From NCBI GenBank assembly GCA_938074205.1, contig CALJES010000005.1, forward strand, positions 10,136 through 74,135: a stretch of DNA of 64,000 nucleotides. The letters are read 5' to 3'. Source of the stretch: an uncultured bacterium. Lineage in GTDB: Bacteria > Armatimonadota > UBA5829. The position numbers and the translations under genes are program-made. Shown one piece after another: positions 9,171-19,022 of the stretch; position 1 is the stretch's first letter; every line of letters begins with the position of its first letter. The notes below the pieces were generated by a model. The model was not told the DNA's origin. It saw only the letters and a list, made by a program, of their open reading frames with translations, and did not search any database.

Positions 9171-12100
9171 TCAGCCTTCGCTGCCGGAACCGGAGGTGAA
9201 CACTTCGCTAGATACCGGCGCCAACTCAGGTTCTTTTTCCCTCGCTCTTGCTGGAGGGTAGAACCGACGCGCGATGCCCTGCCAGAGGTCATCGATAATC
9301 GTGTACATAACCGGTATAACGATCAAAGTCAGCAGTGTTGAAAGTGCCAATCCGCCGATAACCGCAATTGCCATCGGCGAACGCAGTTCGGCTCCTCGAG
9401 ACAATGCGAGAGCTGTAGGAAGCATGCCCCCTATCATTGCCAATGTCGTCATGAGAATCGGTCTCAACCTAGTGGGGCCGGCTTCAAGTATCGCCTCATC
9501 GCGGCTTTTGCCCCGGGATCTCAGGGTATTAGTATAGTCAACCAAGAGAATTGCGTTCTTTGCAACAAGACCCATAAGCATAATAATCCCGATCATCGCC
9601 ACAATGGAGAAGGATTTGCCTGTCAGAAGCAGCGCCAGTAGAGCGCCGACCATCGCCTGTGGCAAGCTGAACATGATCACAAAAGGCGTCAGGAACGATT
9701 CAAAGAGGGCGCCCATCAAAATATACACCAGCGCTATCGCCAAGAACAGGGCCGAGAACATATAGCCGAAGCTCTCATACATTATCTGCTCGAAGCCGCC
9801 GGTGCCAATCGAGGTGCCGGGAACGTGTTCAATCTTCTGCAGCGCGCTGTCGACCTGCCTACTGACATTGCCCATTTGCGCACCGGATGCGATGTTAGCA
9901 GTTACATACACCACACGCTGACGGTTCTTTCGGTCGATCTTAGTCGGGGCAAGACCGTATTTGACCTCCGCAACGTCCTTCAAGTAAACGGGCGCACCAT
10001 CCACTGAGCCCACTATAACGTTTTCTATATCGGACGACTTATCACGATAAGGACGCGCAAATTGCACTCGGATAGGATACTCCGTGCCTTCTTCGCGCAG
10101 CTTCGCGCTATCGTCCCCGTCTATTGCAGTGCGAACCGCTGATGCAATCTGAGCAACTGTTAGATTGAATTGCGCCGCCCGCAGCTTATCCACGATTATC
10201 TTACGCTCCGGTTTGCTTTCCTTGTATGAAATTTCAACGTCAACGGCACCCGGCAGACGGCGCATCACAGCGGCTACTCTGTTCGCCTCCTCAATGATGT
10301 CGCTCATTTTCTGACCCTGCACCTCTTTTTGAATACCTTGGCGGGCACCGCCGCCCATTCCGCCAGATACCGAGGTGCTTATGAGCGCAGCTCCGGGGAT
10401 CGAAGCCATCTGAGCAGCCACCCAGTCCGCTATCTCTTGTATGCTGCGCTTGCGCAGGGATTTGTCGACGCACTGCGCTTCGATGGAAGCATATTCGGAA
10501 CCAGTGTCGCCGCCGAAAATCGAAGTGCCCGACGCGCCAACAACGCTAGAATAGAAGCCCCCCTTAAGTTCCGGCACCCGATCCAACACCCGCTCAATCT
10601 TTCTGACAACCTCATCCGTTGCCTTAAGCGACGTCCCAGGCGGCGTGCGAACAGATATCTGGAACACTCCTCGGTCTACATCAGGGAACATGCTGAAGCC
10701 GAACGGCAAATACACCGTTAACGCAACGATTGCTGTCACGATTCCAAAACCGAGCGCTATTCCCTTGCTCTTCGCATCGATCCTCATTGCCGCGACGCTA
10801 AGCGCCAGAGCCAACAGCGCAATCACTACGCGAGGCATCATCATCTTGGCAGCAGCCGGACCTGCCCCCGCACTCGGCAGCGGCATTGTCATAGCCACAA
10901 CGACCAAAAGCGACACAAACCCGATAACAACCGTAAGGAACCGATTATGCAAAGCCCACTGCAGAACACCGCGGTAATGCCTGTCCAGACTAGTGAGAAA
11001 GCCTGCCACTACCCCAAAGACGCGACCAAAAAATCCATCCACCCTGTCCCTCAGTGTTGCCGTTCCGTTCGCCAGCCTTTCCCTCAACGCTTCGCGATCG
11101 CGCTCCTCTTCATCGGCGCTTTTCATCCACCTAGAAGCAAGCATCGGGGTAAGTGTAAAGGACATCAAAAGCGAAAACGCCGTGGCAGTGGCAACTGTTA
11201 TACCAAACTGACGGAAGAACTGCCCGACGATTCCGCCCATAAACGCAATCGGCACGAAAACAACTATATCAACAAACGTGATGGTAATCGCCGCAAGGCC
11301 GATTTCAGAACGTCCATCCAGGGCAGCTTGCCTGGGGTGCTTGCGCATTCTGAGGTGGCGCTCGATGTTTTCGAGAACCACAATCGAGTCATCAACAAGG
11401 ATCCCCACCACCAGCGAAAGCGCTAATAAGGTCATGTTGTTAAGGGTGAAACCCAAAGCGTTTATCGGGATGTAGGTGGCCATGATCGAGGTCGGAATAG
11501 CTATGGCAACTATGAAAGTCGCCCTCACAGTGTGCAGGAACAAAAACACAATTGCAACAACCAGCAGGATGCCTTCGGTAAGGCTCTTGTTAACGTCGTG
11601 CAGGGAGTCTTGAACGAACTGGGAGTCATCGCGCGCGATAACCAGTTTGACCCCTTGCGGTAGTAAGTCTTTTAGCGCGCGCAGTTCTCTTTTTATTCCT
11701 TTGGCGACCTCAACTGTATTAGCGCCGGTCTGTTTTTGAACGCTGATGGTAACGCTGGGTTTGCCGTTCAGTCTGCTTATCTGCTTCGGTTCAGCGACCG
11801 TATCTCTTACTGTTGCAATGTCTCCGAGGCGAACGGTCGTCCCCGGCGCACCACCCTTGCCCGGTATATAAAGGCGCAGATTGGCGATCTCCTCAGCAGT
11901 CTGAAACTCGCCAACAGTCCTGACCGAGTAATCCCTTGCTCCCTCCTTTATGGACCCGGCAGGGATGTTCAAGTTGGCAGCCCTGATCGCCTGAACCACC
12001 GCCGTTATGGGTATACCGTATGCCTGAAGGCGATCCTTATCCACCGCAACGTTGATCTCGCGCTGTTCGCCGCCGATAACGTTTACCGCCGCTACACCGC

Positions 12101-12602
12101 GAACCTTCGCAAGGCGGTCAGTTATGACATCGTCGGCAAGGATGCGCATTTCCCTAGGGGAAATCGAACCGTACATGCCGATCAGCATAATCGGCTGGGA
12201 GCCGATATCGAGTTTGAGTACCCGCGGGTCCTCGGCGTCTTCAGGAAGTTCACCCTGCACCGAACCCACCTTATCGCGCACGTCTGCTGCGGCAGCGTCG
12301 GGGTCTGTCCCAAGCTCGAACTCGATCAATACGGTAGACAGACCCTCCTGTGAGGAAGAGGTAACATTGCGAACCCCTCCGATAGACATGACCGCCTTCT
12401 CGATAGGCTCGGTAACGGTGGTTTCGATTTCGTTTGGCCCTGCTCCGGGATAGACTGTTACGACCGTCACGTAGGGCATCTCGATGTTCGGGATCAATTC
12501 AGCCGGCATCTTCGACCGCGATTGCCACCCAAGCACCACCAATGCCAGCACAAACATAACTATGAATATCGGTCGGCGTATAGATACGTCGGTGAGCCAC
12601 AT
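9171..12602 (-). CDS. RND efflux permease (AcrB/MdtB-like, HAE1)
   Basis: GILVDDSIVVLEN, KNAIL and RLRPILMTT motifs; 1143 aa. Confidence 0.93.
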   Translation of the reverse strand: MWLTDVSIRRPIFIVMFVLALVVLGWQSRSKMPAELIPNIEMPYVTVVTVYPGAGPNEIETTVTEPIEKAVMSIGGVRNVTSSSQEGLSTVLIEFELGTDPDAAAADVRDKVGSVQGELPEDAEDPRVLKLDIGSQPIMLIGMYGSISPREMRILADDVITDRLAKVRGVAAVNVIGGEQREINVAVDKDRLQAYGIPITAVVQAIRAANLNIPAGSIKEGARDYSVRTVGEFQTAEEIANLRLYIPGKGGAPGTTVRLGDIATVRDTVAEPKQISRLNGKPSVTISVQKQTGANTVEVAKGIKRELRALKDLLPQGVKLVIARDDSQFVQDSLHDVNKSLTEGILLVVAIVFLFLHTVRATFIVAIAIPTSIMATYIPINALGFTLNNMTLLALSLVVGILVDDSIVVLENIERHLRMRKHPRQAALDGRSEIGLAAITITFVDIVVFVPIAFMGGIVGQFFRQFGITVATATAFSLLMSFTLTPMLASRWMKSADEEERDREALRERLANGTATLRDRVDGFFGRVFGVVAGFLTSLDRHYRGVLQWALHNRFLTVVIGFVSLLVVVAMTMPLPSAGAGPAAAKMMMPRVVIALLALALSVAAMRIDAKSKGIALGFGIVTAIVALTVYLPFGFSMFPDVDRGVFQISVRTPPGTSLKATDEVVRKIERVLDRVPELKGGFYSSVVGASGTSIFGGDTGSEYASIEAQCVDKSLRKRSIQEIADWVAAQMASIPGAALISTSVSGGMGGGARQGIQKEVQGQKMSDIIEEANRVAAVMRRLPGAVDVEISYKESKPERKIIVDKLRAAQFNLTVAQIASAVRTAIDGDDSAKLREEGTEYPIRVQFARPYRDKSSDIENVIVGSVDGAPVYLKDVAEVKYGLAPTKIDRKNRQRVVYVTANIASGAQMGNVSRQVDSALQKIEHVPGTSIGTGGFEQIMYESFGYMFSALFLAIALVYILMGALFESFLTPFVIMFSLPQAMVGALLALLLTGKSFSIVAMIGIIMLMGLVAKNAILLVDYTNTLRSRGKSRDEAILEAGPTRLRPILMTTLAMIGGMLPTALALSRGAELRSPMAIAVIGGLALSTLLTLIVIPVMYTIIDDLWQGIARRFYPPARAREKEPELAPVSSEVFTSGSGSEG

Positions 12603-12660
12603 AGTGCTTACTCCGAATCAATGATTCGATTTGATCTTGAATTGTTGCTCATTTTCAGAG

Positions 12661-14154
12661 CTACTTTACTATAAGCGACTTCGCAGAAGCTGCGGAACGA
12701 TGATTGATTACTTTCACCAAGGAGCCGTCCTGCAGGTTCTGGCGTCCTCGCGTTACTACAATATCGCCCGGCTTCAGCCCAGAGCCTTCAGCTACCTCCA
12801 CGAATTCGCGATTTTCCCTGACGACAACCACATCCACACGCCGAACAGTATTGTCCGGCTTGAGCACAAACACCATTTTGCCGCCGCGCCGATCCTCTAT
12901 TGCATCCTTTGGAACTAGTGTAACGTTGCGGTCGACTCCAATTACTATGCTGCCCCGGGCGAACATCCCAGGCTTGATGAGCTGGTTCGTTTTATCTATC
13001 CTAATCCGCACCGGGAAGTTTCGACTTTGCGGCGAGGCAGCGGGGAATATCTCGTCCACGGTACCTTTGAAAACGCTGCCCGGCAGCGCGTCGACTCGCA
13101 CCTCTACAGGCTGCCCCTTTCGAATGCCGGCAAGCTCCATCTCCGAAATGCTGCCCTTAAAATAGACAGAAGCCAGATTGACGACCTCCGCAATCGGCTG
13201 GCCAGCGCCTACCACCTGTCCCGGATCTGCCAACCGCGATGAAAGCTCGCCGTCTATTGGTGACTTAATATACGTGTAACTAAGCTGCTGCTTGGCAAGT
13301 GCAACCGCCGCCTCTGCCTGCCGCACAGCGGCTTTGGCCTGCCTTACGTCTTCCTCACGAACCAGGTTCTGAGCTGCGTTCGCCTTAGCGGCTCGGAGCT
13401 GCTCGCGCGCTGTAGCCACTTGGGCTTCTGCTTGCCTGATGTCTTCCTTCCTGCCCCCTTCTTGAACTAGCGAAAGCTGCTCGCGAGCCGACTTGTATTG
13501 GGCTTGGGCAACGAGATACTGTGCCTTGGCGACATCGTAAGCCGACTGAGGAATCGCACCCTCCTTGAGCAGCTTCTCGTGGCGTTCGAAGTTGGCTTTG
13601 GCATTATCGAGATTTGCCTCAGCTTGCGCGACATTGTTCATCGCCACGAGCTCTTCCTGCGACCTAGCAGGCTTTTTCACAACGGCAAGTCTCGCCTCAG
13701 CAGCATCCAGAGCGGCTTTCGCCTGCTCTATGGCCGCATCAGTTTGGATTTTGGTTACCTTTGCGTTCGTGATAGCTTGGGAAAGCCTGGTGCGAGCCGC
13801 ATCGAGCGCAGCTTCTGCCTGTCTCAGGTTCGCGAGGGCGTCCTGCTGATCAAGTACGGCAACCACCATCCCCGCATGTACGCGGTCGCCTTCGCGCACA
13901 TATACCTGAGCTATTCTTCCCGGGATCTTCGCCGAAAGGACGGCTTTCGTAAGAGCGTTGATATCCCCGGTGACTTCAACCACCTTCTCCATGTCGCCGA
14001 GGATAACGCGGGCAGTTTCAACGGGTACCCCTTGCTTCTTCCATACCTGCTGAGTGGTTGGCGGTGGAGCCTTCGGCCTCCTGATAACACTCGCACCCCA
14101 AAGTCCCCCTAGTACCAGCACAACCAGCAAGATAACTAAAATCTTCTGTCTCAA
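12661..14154 (-). CDS. RND periplasmic adaptor (membrane fusion protein)
   Basis: N-terminal TM, lipoyl half-motifs (VREGDRV, IKSPIDG), long coiled-coil hairpin, KPGMF; TTG start after GAGGAGGT. Confidence 0.9.
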   Translation of the reverse strand: MRQKILVILLVVLVLGGLWGASVIRRPKAPPPTTQQVWKKQGVPVETARVILGDMEKVVEVTGDINALTKAVLSAKIPGRIAQVYVREGDRVHAGMVVAVLDQQDALANLRQAEAALDAARTRLSQAITNAKVTKIQTDAAIEQAKAALDAAEARLAVVKKPARSQEELVAMNNVAQAEANLDNAKANFERHEKLLKEGAIPQSAYDVAKAQYLVAQAQYKSAREQLSLVQEGGRKEDIRQAEAQVATAREQLRAAKANAAQNLVREEDVRQAKAAVRQAEAAVALAKQQLSYTYIKSPIDGELSSRLADPGQVVGAGQPIAEVVNLASVYFKGSISEMELAGIRKGQPVEVRVDALPGSVFKGTVDEIFPAASPQSRNFPVRIRIDKTNQLIKPGMFARGSIVIGVDRNVTLVPKDAIEDRRGGKMVFVLKPDNTVRRVDVVVVRENREFVEVAEGSGLKPGDIVVTRGRQNLQDGSLVKVINHRSAASAKSLIVK

Positions 14155-14216
14155 CGCCAGACCTCCTCGAGGAGATGTCAGTTCATCTTCTTTTGATCAA
14201 CTAATCGGCAGCCCAC

Positions 14217-15581
14217 TCATTCGAGCAGCCGCAACTTAGCAAGCTCAGGCTGGTTTGCCGTAGCCTTTTCAAACGCGGCTAGCGCTGCGGCATAGTCATA
14301 TCTAGCGTTTACGTGCTCCGTACGCGCCTGCGTTAATGCCAGCTCTGCATCGCTTAACTCCACCATTGTGGACACTCCGGCATTATATCTGACGTTTGCC
14401 AAACGCAGCGCTTCCTCCGCCAGTTTCACGTTCTGTTCCGCAGTAGCCATTCTCTTCAAGGCGTCCTTCAAAGCGAGAGTCGCATTTTTTACATCCAGCG
14501 CTACCGCGAGTTTTATGTTTTGAAGCGTCTGCGCGGATTTCTCGACATCAGCATTCGCTTGGTCAACCTTGGCTTTCGTAACTCCGCCATCCCAAATAGG
14601 CATCGACAAATGCAACAGCGCAACCCAGGATTCATTCGACGTGCTAAAGCCGGAAACGCGGAAATCGTAGTTGTAGTTCGCGGTCGCTGCGAGCGTAGGA
14701 AGAATACCCGTGCGCTGGAGCTTGACGTTCTTCCGGGCAAGTTCGAAAGCCGTCTCACCGGTTTTTATTTCAGGGCGCCTCGAATACGCTTCCTGAAGCG
14801 CCCAATCAAACTCCGGCTCTGGTTTCGATGTGTCCACAGTCACGTCTATCGGCGCCACTTTAGTCTGGGAGTTGACGTCGATCCCGAGCACTTTATTTAG
14901 CGAAGCCCGCGCCATTGCCACCCTCGACTGCGCCCGGATTAACTGTTGATTGAGATTCGCCACGTCAACCTCGGCTCGCATCACATCAAACTTCGGCGCC
15001 GTGCCAGCGGCGTAACGCGCATTGGCATCTTTCAGTCGGGTTTTTGCGACTTCCACCGCCGCGAGGGCTACCTCTTCTTGTGCCTGCGCACGCAAGAGCT
15101 CGTAGTACGCACTTTTCACATCGTATATGAGTTTTTGAGAGGTAGTAAGCACAGATAAGTAATCCACTTGGAACTGGTACTTGGCTATGTCCGAAAGGTA
15201 GCTGAGTTTCTTTGAAACGTCAATTGGCAAAAGGAAGTTCAATACCGCAGTTGTATCGTGCTCCCGAACTATGTCTACTCGAGGCCCTCCCGGAACCTCA
15301 AAGCTCACCTGGGGCCCCTGGCGAAGATGTTTTATCTCAGCACTGAACTTGGGGTTGAAATTTGCACGTGCTTCTTTCAGACCGCCCCTTGACTTGCCGA
15401 GCTGGGCAACGGCCGACTGCAGCTCAGGATTCCGTTCGAATGCTATTTCCAATGCTCGATCGAGAGTAAGCGTCTGCTCTGTAACCGGCGGCACATCTTC
15501 AGCGCAAACACAAGCAGCGCACCAAGCTATCGCTATAAAAAGGATCCCAAGGAACCTCAAATTTGCCACCTCCGCGGTCAT
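14217..15581 (-). CDS. TolC family outer membrane efflux protein
   Basis: Signal peptide, LTLDRALEIAFERNP, repeated RYxAG motifs, in operon with MFP and RND. Confidence 0.88.
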   Translation of the reverse strand: MTAEVANLRFLGILFIAIAWCAACVCAEDVPPVTEQTLTLDRALEIAFERNPELQSAVAQLGKSRGGLKEARANFNPKFSAEIKHLRQGPQVSFEVPGGPRVDIVREHDTTAVLNFLLPIDVSKKLSYLSDIAKYQFQVDYLSVLTTSQKLIYDVKSAYYELLRAQAQEEVALAAVEVAKTRLKDANARYAAGTAPKFDVMRAEVDVANLNQQLIRAQSRVAMARASLNKVLGIDVNSQTKVAPIDVTVDTSKPEPEFDWALQEAYSRRPEIKTGETAFELARKNVKLQRTGILPTLAATANYNYDFRVSGFSTSNESWVALLHLSMPIWDGGVTKAKVDQANADVEKSAQTLQNIKLAVALDVKNATLALKDALKRMATAEQNVKLAEEALRLANVRYNAGVSTMVELSDAELALTQARTEHVNARYDYAAALAAFEKATANQPELAKLRLLE

Positions 15582-15613
15582 TTTGACCCAGACCTAAGCG
15601 CAAGATAGCTAAC

Positions 15614-15880
15614 CTACCGATCCTCCCCGTCAGAGCCGGCCTGGTCACCTGCGCTATCGATCTTTTTCAGTGTTTCCGAGAGAAGAGTGAAGAAATCGCG
15701 CACTTTGTCGATTTTACACAGTACTATTCCCAAACCGGCAGGATGTCCCAACACCAGAAGCTTATCTCCCGGGTTTATTCCGAGCCTCTTTCTTGCTTCC
15801 GCCGGTATAACGACCTGGCCTCGATCGCCTACAGTTGCAGCCCCGAAGAAGTTGCTTTCAAGCGCCAATTGCTCATCCAT
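15614..15880 (-). CDS. AbrB/MazE/SpoVT family DNA-binding protein
   Basis: TVGDRGQVVIPAEARKRLGINPGD motif; ATG 15880 follows an AGGGAG RBS. Confidence 0.85.
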   Translation of the reverse strand: MDEQLALESNFFGAATVGDRGQVVIPAEARKRLGINPGDKLLVLGHPAGLGIVLCKIDKVRDFFTLLSETLKKIDSAGDQAGSDGEDR

Positions 15881-15901
15881 GCCCAACATCTCCCTGCAAG
15901 C

Positions 15902-15962
15902 TTTGTGTGACACATCATGCAAATCACACAAATATTATCAGCATGAATGCTCTGAATGTCAA
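15902..15962 (-). promoter_or_regulatory. sigma70 promoter plus palindromic operator of the AbrB-TolC-MFP-RND operon
   Basis: TTGACA(15962-15957)-17nt-GATAAT(15939-15934), then a perfect 9-bp inverted repeat TTTGTGTGA-N13-TCACACAAA at 15902-15932. Confidence 0.65.
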
Positions 15963-16004
15963 GCCGATTTGCCACCTGAAAACACAGTTCCCGCGAAGTT
16001 ACGC

Positions 16005-17294
16005 CTAGCCCTGAATTGCAAAGGTAATAGCGAAGATGACAGCTATCGCCGCCATAATGGGGTGTATTTGTCGGGCTTTGCCGCGCAGAAGCTTTATCAG
16101 CGTGTAGGCGATGAAGCCGTAGCCAATACCGTGTGAGATTGAAAGAGTCAAGGGCATAACTATCATTATGAGAAATGCGGGAAACGCCTCTTCGAAGTCG
16201 TCAAACGATATCTCCCTCACAAGGGACATCAGTAGAAACCCGACTATTATCAAAACCGGCGCCGTCGCGACGGCCGGAACCATTCCCACAACCGGCGAAA
16301 AGAACAAAGCGAATAGAAAGAGAATTGCAACCACCAGGCTAGTAAGTCCGGTTCTGCCGCCCTCGCCGACGCCCGCTGCGCTCTCTATGTATGTGGTGGT
16401 CGAACTGGCGCCGCAAAACGCTCCCCACGCCGCTGCCAAGGAATCGATAAGTAGCACGCGCCGCAGCCGCGGCATACGGCCGTCCGGCCCGACAAACCCG
16501 GCCTGCTCGCCGACCCCGATTACCGTGCCCATCGTATCGAAGAAGTCGACCATCATAAACGAGAATATGGCAGCTGCGAATGCCAGCGACGCGGCACCAA
16601 GTATATCAGCCCTACCAAACGTCGAGAAATCTGGCAGCGCGAGCCAGCGGCTTGGAGCTTTTGCCTGCCCAAAAATGAATGCTATGGCAGTAGTCGCAAA
16701 TATGCCCAGAAGCAGAGCCCCGCGCACGCGCCACGCCATCAACACCGCCGATATCGCAACTCCCGCAGTAGCTATCAGCGTCTTAGTGCTGTGTAGCGAG
16801 CCGTAAGTGAGTATAGGTCCTTTCTCGGGATGTATTATCCAACCTGCACTCTGCATTCCCAGCAGAGCAATGAGTAGTCCGATACCGACGCCTATAGCGC
16901 GCTTTAGGTTCATCGGAATAGCCCGCATTACGGCCTCTCTCAAGCCAACCAATACGAGCAGGAAGATCAGAAGCCCTTCGAGTACGACCACCCCCATCGC
17001 CACCTGCCAAGATACGCCGCGCGAAAGCGCGAAACTAACGACCGCACTGTTCATTCCCATACCAGCGGCAAGCGCGAAGGGATAGTTCGTATAAAGCCCC
17101 ATCGCCAGCGTAGGCACCGCGGCTCCTATGCATGTACCGGCAACAGTTGCTTCGAACGGTATTCCGAGCGCAGAAAGAACCGTGGGGTTCACGAAAATGA
17201 TATAGGCCATTGTCATGAAGGTAGTCAGACCCGCAACTACCTCCGTCTTGACGCTCGTTCCGCGTTCCTCAAGTCTGAAGATGCGATTTAGCAT
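16005..17294 (-). CDS. NCS2/AzgA family purine permease
   Basis: GLTTFMTMAYIIFVNP, DFFDTMGT, YIESAAGVGEGGRTGLT. Confidence 0.92.
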   Translation of the reverse strand: MLNRIFRLEERGTSVKTEVVAGLTTFMTMAYIIFVNPTVLSALGIPFEATVAGTCIGAAVPTLAMGLYTNYPFALAAGMGMNSAVVSFALSRGVSWQVAMGVVVLEGLLIFLLVLVGLREAVMRAIPMNLKRAIGVGIGLLIALLGMQSAGWIIHPEKGPILTYGSLHSTKTLIATAGVAISAVLMAWRVRGALLLGIFATTAIAFIFGQAKAPSRWLALPDFSTFGRADILGAASLAFAAAIFSFMMVDFFDTMGTVIGVGEQAGFVGPDGRMPRLRRVLLIDSLAAAWGAFCGASSTTTYIESAAGVGEGGRTGLTSLVVAILFLFALFFSPVVGMVPAVATAPVLIIVGFLLMSLVREISFDDFEEAFPAFLIMIVMPLTLSISHGIGYGFIAYTLIKLLRGKARQIHPIMAAIAVIFAITFAIQG

Positions 17295-17331
17295 GTGATA
17301 TTCGCTATGACATGGTCGCTGCGTGCAGCGG

Positions 17332-17856
17332 CTAGTATGTCACGATGGTGCACACATCATAGCCTTCGAGCTGTTTACGGCCGTTTAGGGCGCTGAGTTC
17401 GATCAGGAATATGATACCGGCAACGACCCCGCCAACCTCCTCCACAAGCTGCGCCGCTGCGCGTGCCGTGCCGCCTGTGGCAAGCAGGTCATCTATTATC
17501 ACGGCTCGCATTCCCGGTTCGATAGCATCTCTGTGCATCTCGACCGCGCTCGTGCCGTATTCCAGAGCATACTCCGCCCTCACCGTCTCCGCAGGCAACT
17601 TACCCGCTTTTCGAACAGGCACAAATCCGACCCCTAATTCGAATGCCGTAGGCGCACCCAATATGAAACCCCGTGATTCTATACCCACGATCACGGCCGG
17701 CTTCATCGGACGAGCACAGTCCACAAGCGAGCAAACAACTTCGCGAAACGCTTGAGGGTCTTGAAGAATGGGGGTTATGTCTCTGAAAAGGATACCCGGG
17801 GTAGGAAAATCTGGAACATCACGAATAAGCTGCTTCAGTGTGGCCTCACTTATCAT
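17332..17856 (-). CDS. apt: Adenine phosphoribosyltransferase
   Basis: DFPTPGILFRDIT, RKAGKLP, IDDLLATGGT; ATG 17856 after GGAGGA. Confidence 0.95.
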   Translation of the reverse strand: MISEATLKQLIRDVPDFPTPGILFRDITPILQDPQAFREVVCSLVDCARPMKPAVIVGIESRGFILGAPTAFELGVGFVPVRKAGKLPAETVRAEYALEYGTSAVEMHRDAIEPGMRAVIIDDLLATGGTARAAAQLVEEVGGVVAGIIFLIELSALNGRKQLEGYDVCTIVTY

Positions 17857-17949
17857 TCGCTCCTCCGTTAACACTGCATACACACACCGCAGGTCTTACA
17901 GCTACAAGCAACCTTAATCAAAACCCGCGCCCACCCGTACGCAAGTACC

Positions 17950-19011
17950 TCACGCTCTCAAGCTTTGCTTGTACGGGGGATAAGCTATGCCCTTCTCAGT
18001 TATGATCGCCGTAACAAGAGCGGCAGGGGTTACATCGAAGCTGGGGTTGATCACGTTGGCGCCCATGGGGCATATGCGCTTGCCCTCAATATGGGTGACC
18101 TCCTCATACGGCCGCTCCTCGATAGGGATTTCATCGCCAGACGCAAGCGAAAAATCGATGGTAGATGTAGGTGCCGCGACGTAGAAAGGTATGCCGTGAT
18201 GATGTGCCAGCACAGCCACAGAATAAGTGCCAATCTTGTTAGCTACGTCACCGTTGGCTGCTATGCGGTCAGCGCCAACGACAACGCAGTCAATGCGCCC
18301 TGCACGCATAAGAGAGCCAGCCATGTTGTCAGTGATAACCGTGACAGGAATGCCGTCTTGTACAAGCTCAAACGCAGTAAGTTTCATTCCCTGCAGCCGA
18401 GGACGCGTCTCATCAGCATACACATGCACCCGTTTGCCTGCTTCAACGGCAGCCCTGATCACGCCGAGCGCAGTTCCGTACGCCACGCACGCCAACGCTC
18501 CGGCATTACAATGCGTCAGCACGTGCCCGTAATCGGGCATCAGTTTCGCCCCGTATTCCCCGATCTTTCGGCACACTTGTTCGTCTTCTTCGAGCATGGC
18601 GCGCGCCGTCTGCTCTAACACGTCTTTGAGCCTGGCGCTATCGTATTTTTTCCGCACGCACTCGCGCGCAGCTTTCAGCATCCGCTCTATTCCCCAAAAC
18701 AGGTTCACCGCAGTAGGACGGGTGTTCCTTAGTATGTGAGCGGCATGCTCCAACCGGCGGAGTAACTCTTCCGGTTCTTCTGCTTCACCCGAACCAGCGG
18801 CCGCATCGTGCTGCTTAGCATTCCTTGCGGCCAACGCGATTCCCAAGGCTGCAGTCACTCCTATAGCGGGCGCACCGCGCACCTTCATGGTCTTGATGGC
18901 GTCTGCTACTTCTTCGGGAGTATCAAGCTCCAGGATAACCAGCTCGTGCGGCAGGCGATTTTGGTCGATCAGCAGCACCTTGCCCTGGACGTAATCTACA
19001 GTTCGATGCAT
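17950..19011 (-). CDS. mtnA: Methylthioribose-1-phosphate isomerase
   Basis: VRGAPAIG, RPTAVNL, THCNAGALA, ETRPRLQG, ANKIGTY. Confidence 0.95.
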   Translation of the reverse strand: MHRTVDYVQGKVLLIDQNRLPHELVILELDTPEEVADAIKTMKVRGAPAIGVTAALGIALAARNAKQHDAAAGSGEAEEPEELLRRLEHAAHILRNTRPTAVNLFWGIERMLKAARECVRKKYDSARLKDVLEQTARAMLEEDEQVCRKIGEYGAKLMPDYGHVLTHCNAGALACVAYGTALGVIRAAVEAGKRVHVYADETRPRLQGMKLTAFELVQDGIPVTVITDNMAGSLMRAGRIDCVVVGADRIAANGDVANKIGTYSVAVLAHHHGIPFYVAAPTSTIDFSLASGDEIPIEERPYEEVTHIEGKRICPMGANVINPSFDVTPAALVTAIITEKGIAYPPYKQSLRA

Positions 19012-19022
19012 TAGGCTTACAC

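Noticed and set aside
13260-13860. Repetitive Ala/Gln-rich sequence in the MFP gene
   Set aside because: Normal coiled-coil heptads, not a DNA repeat array.
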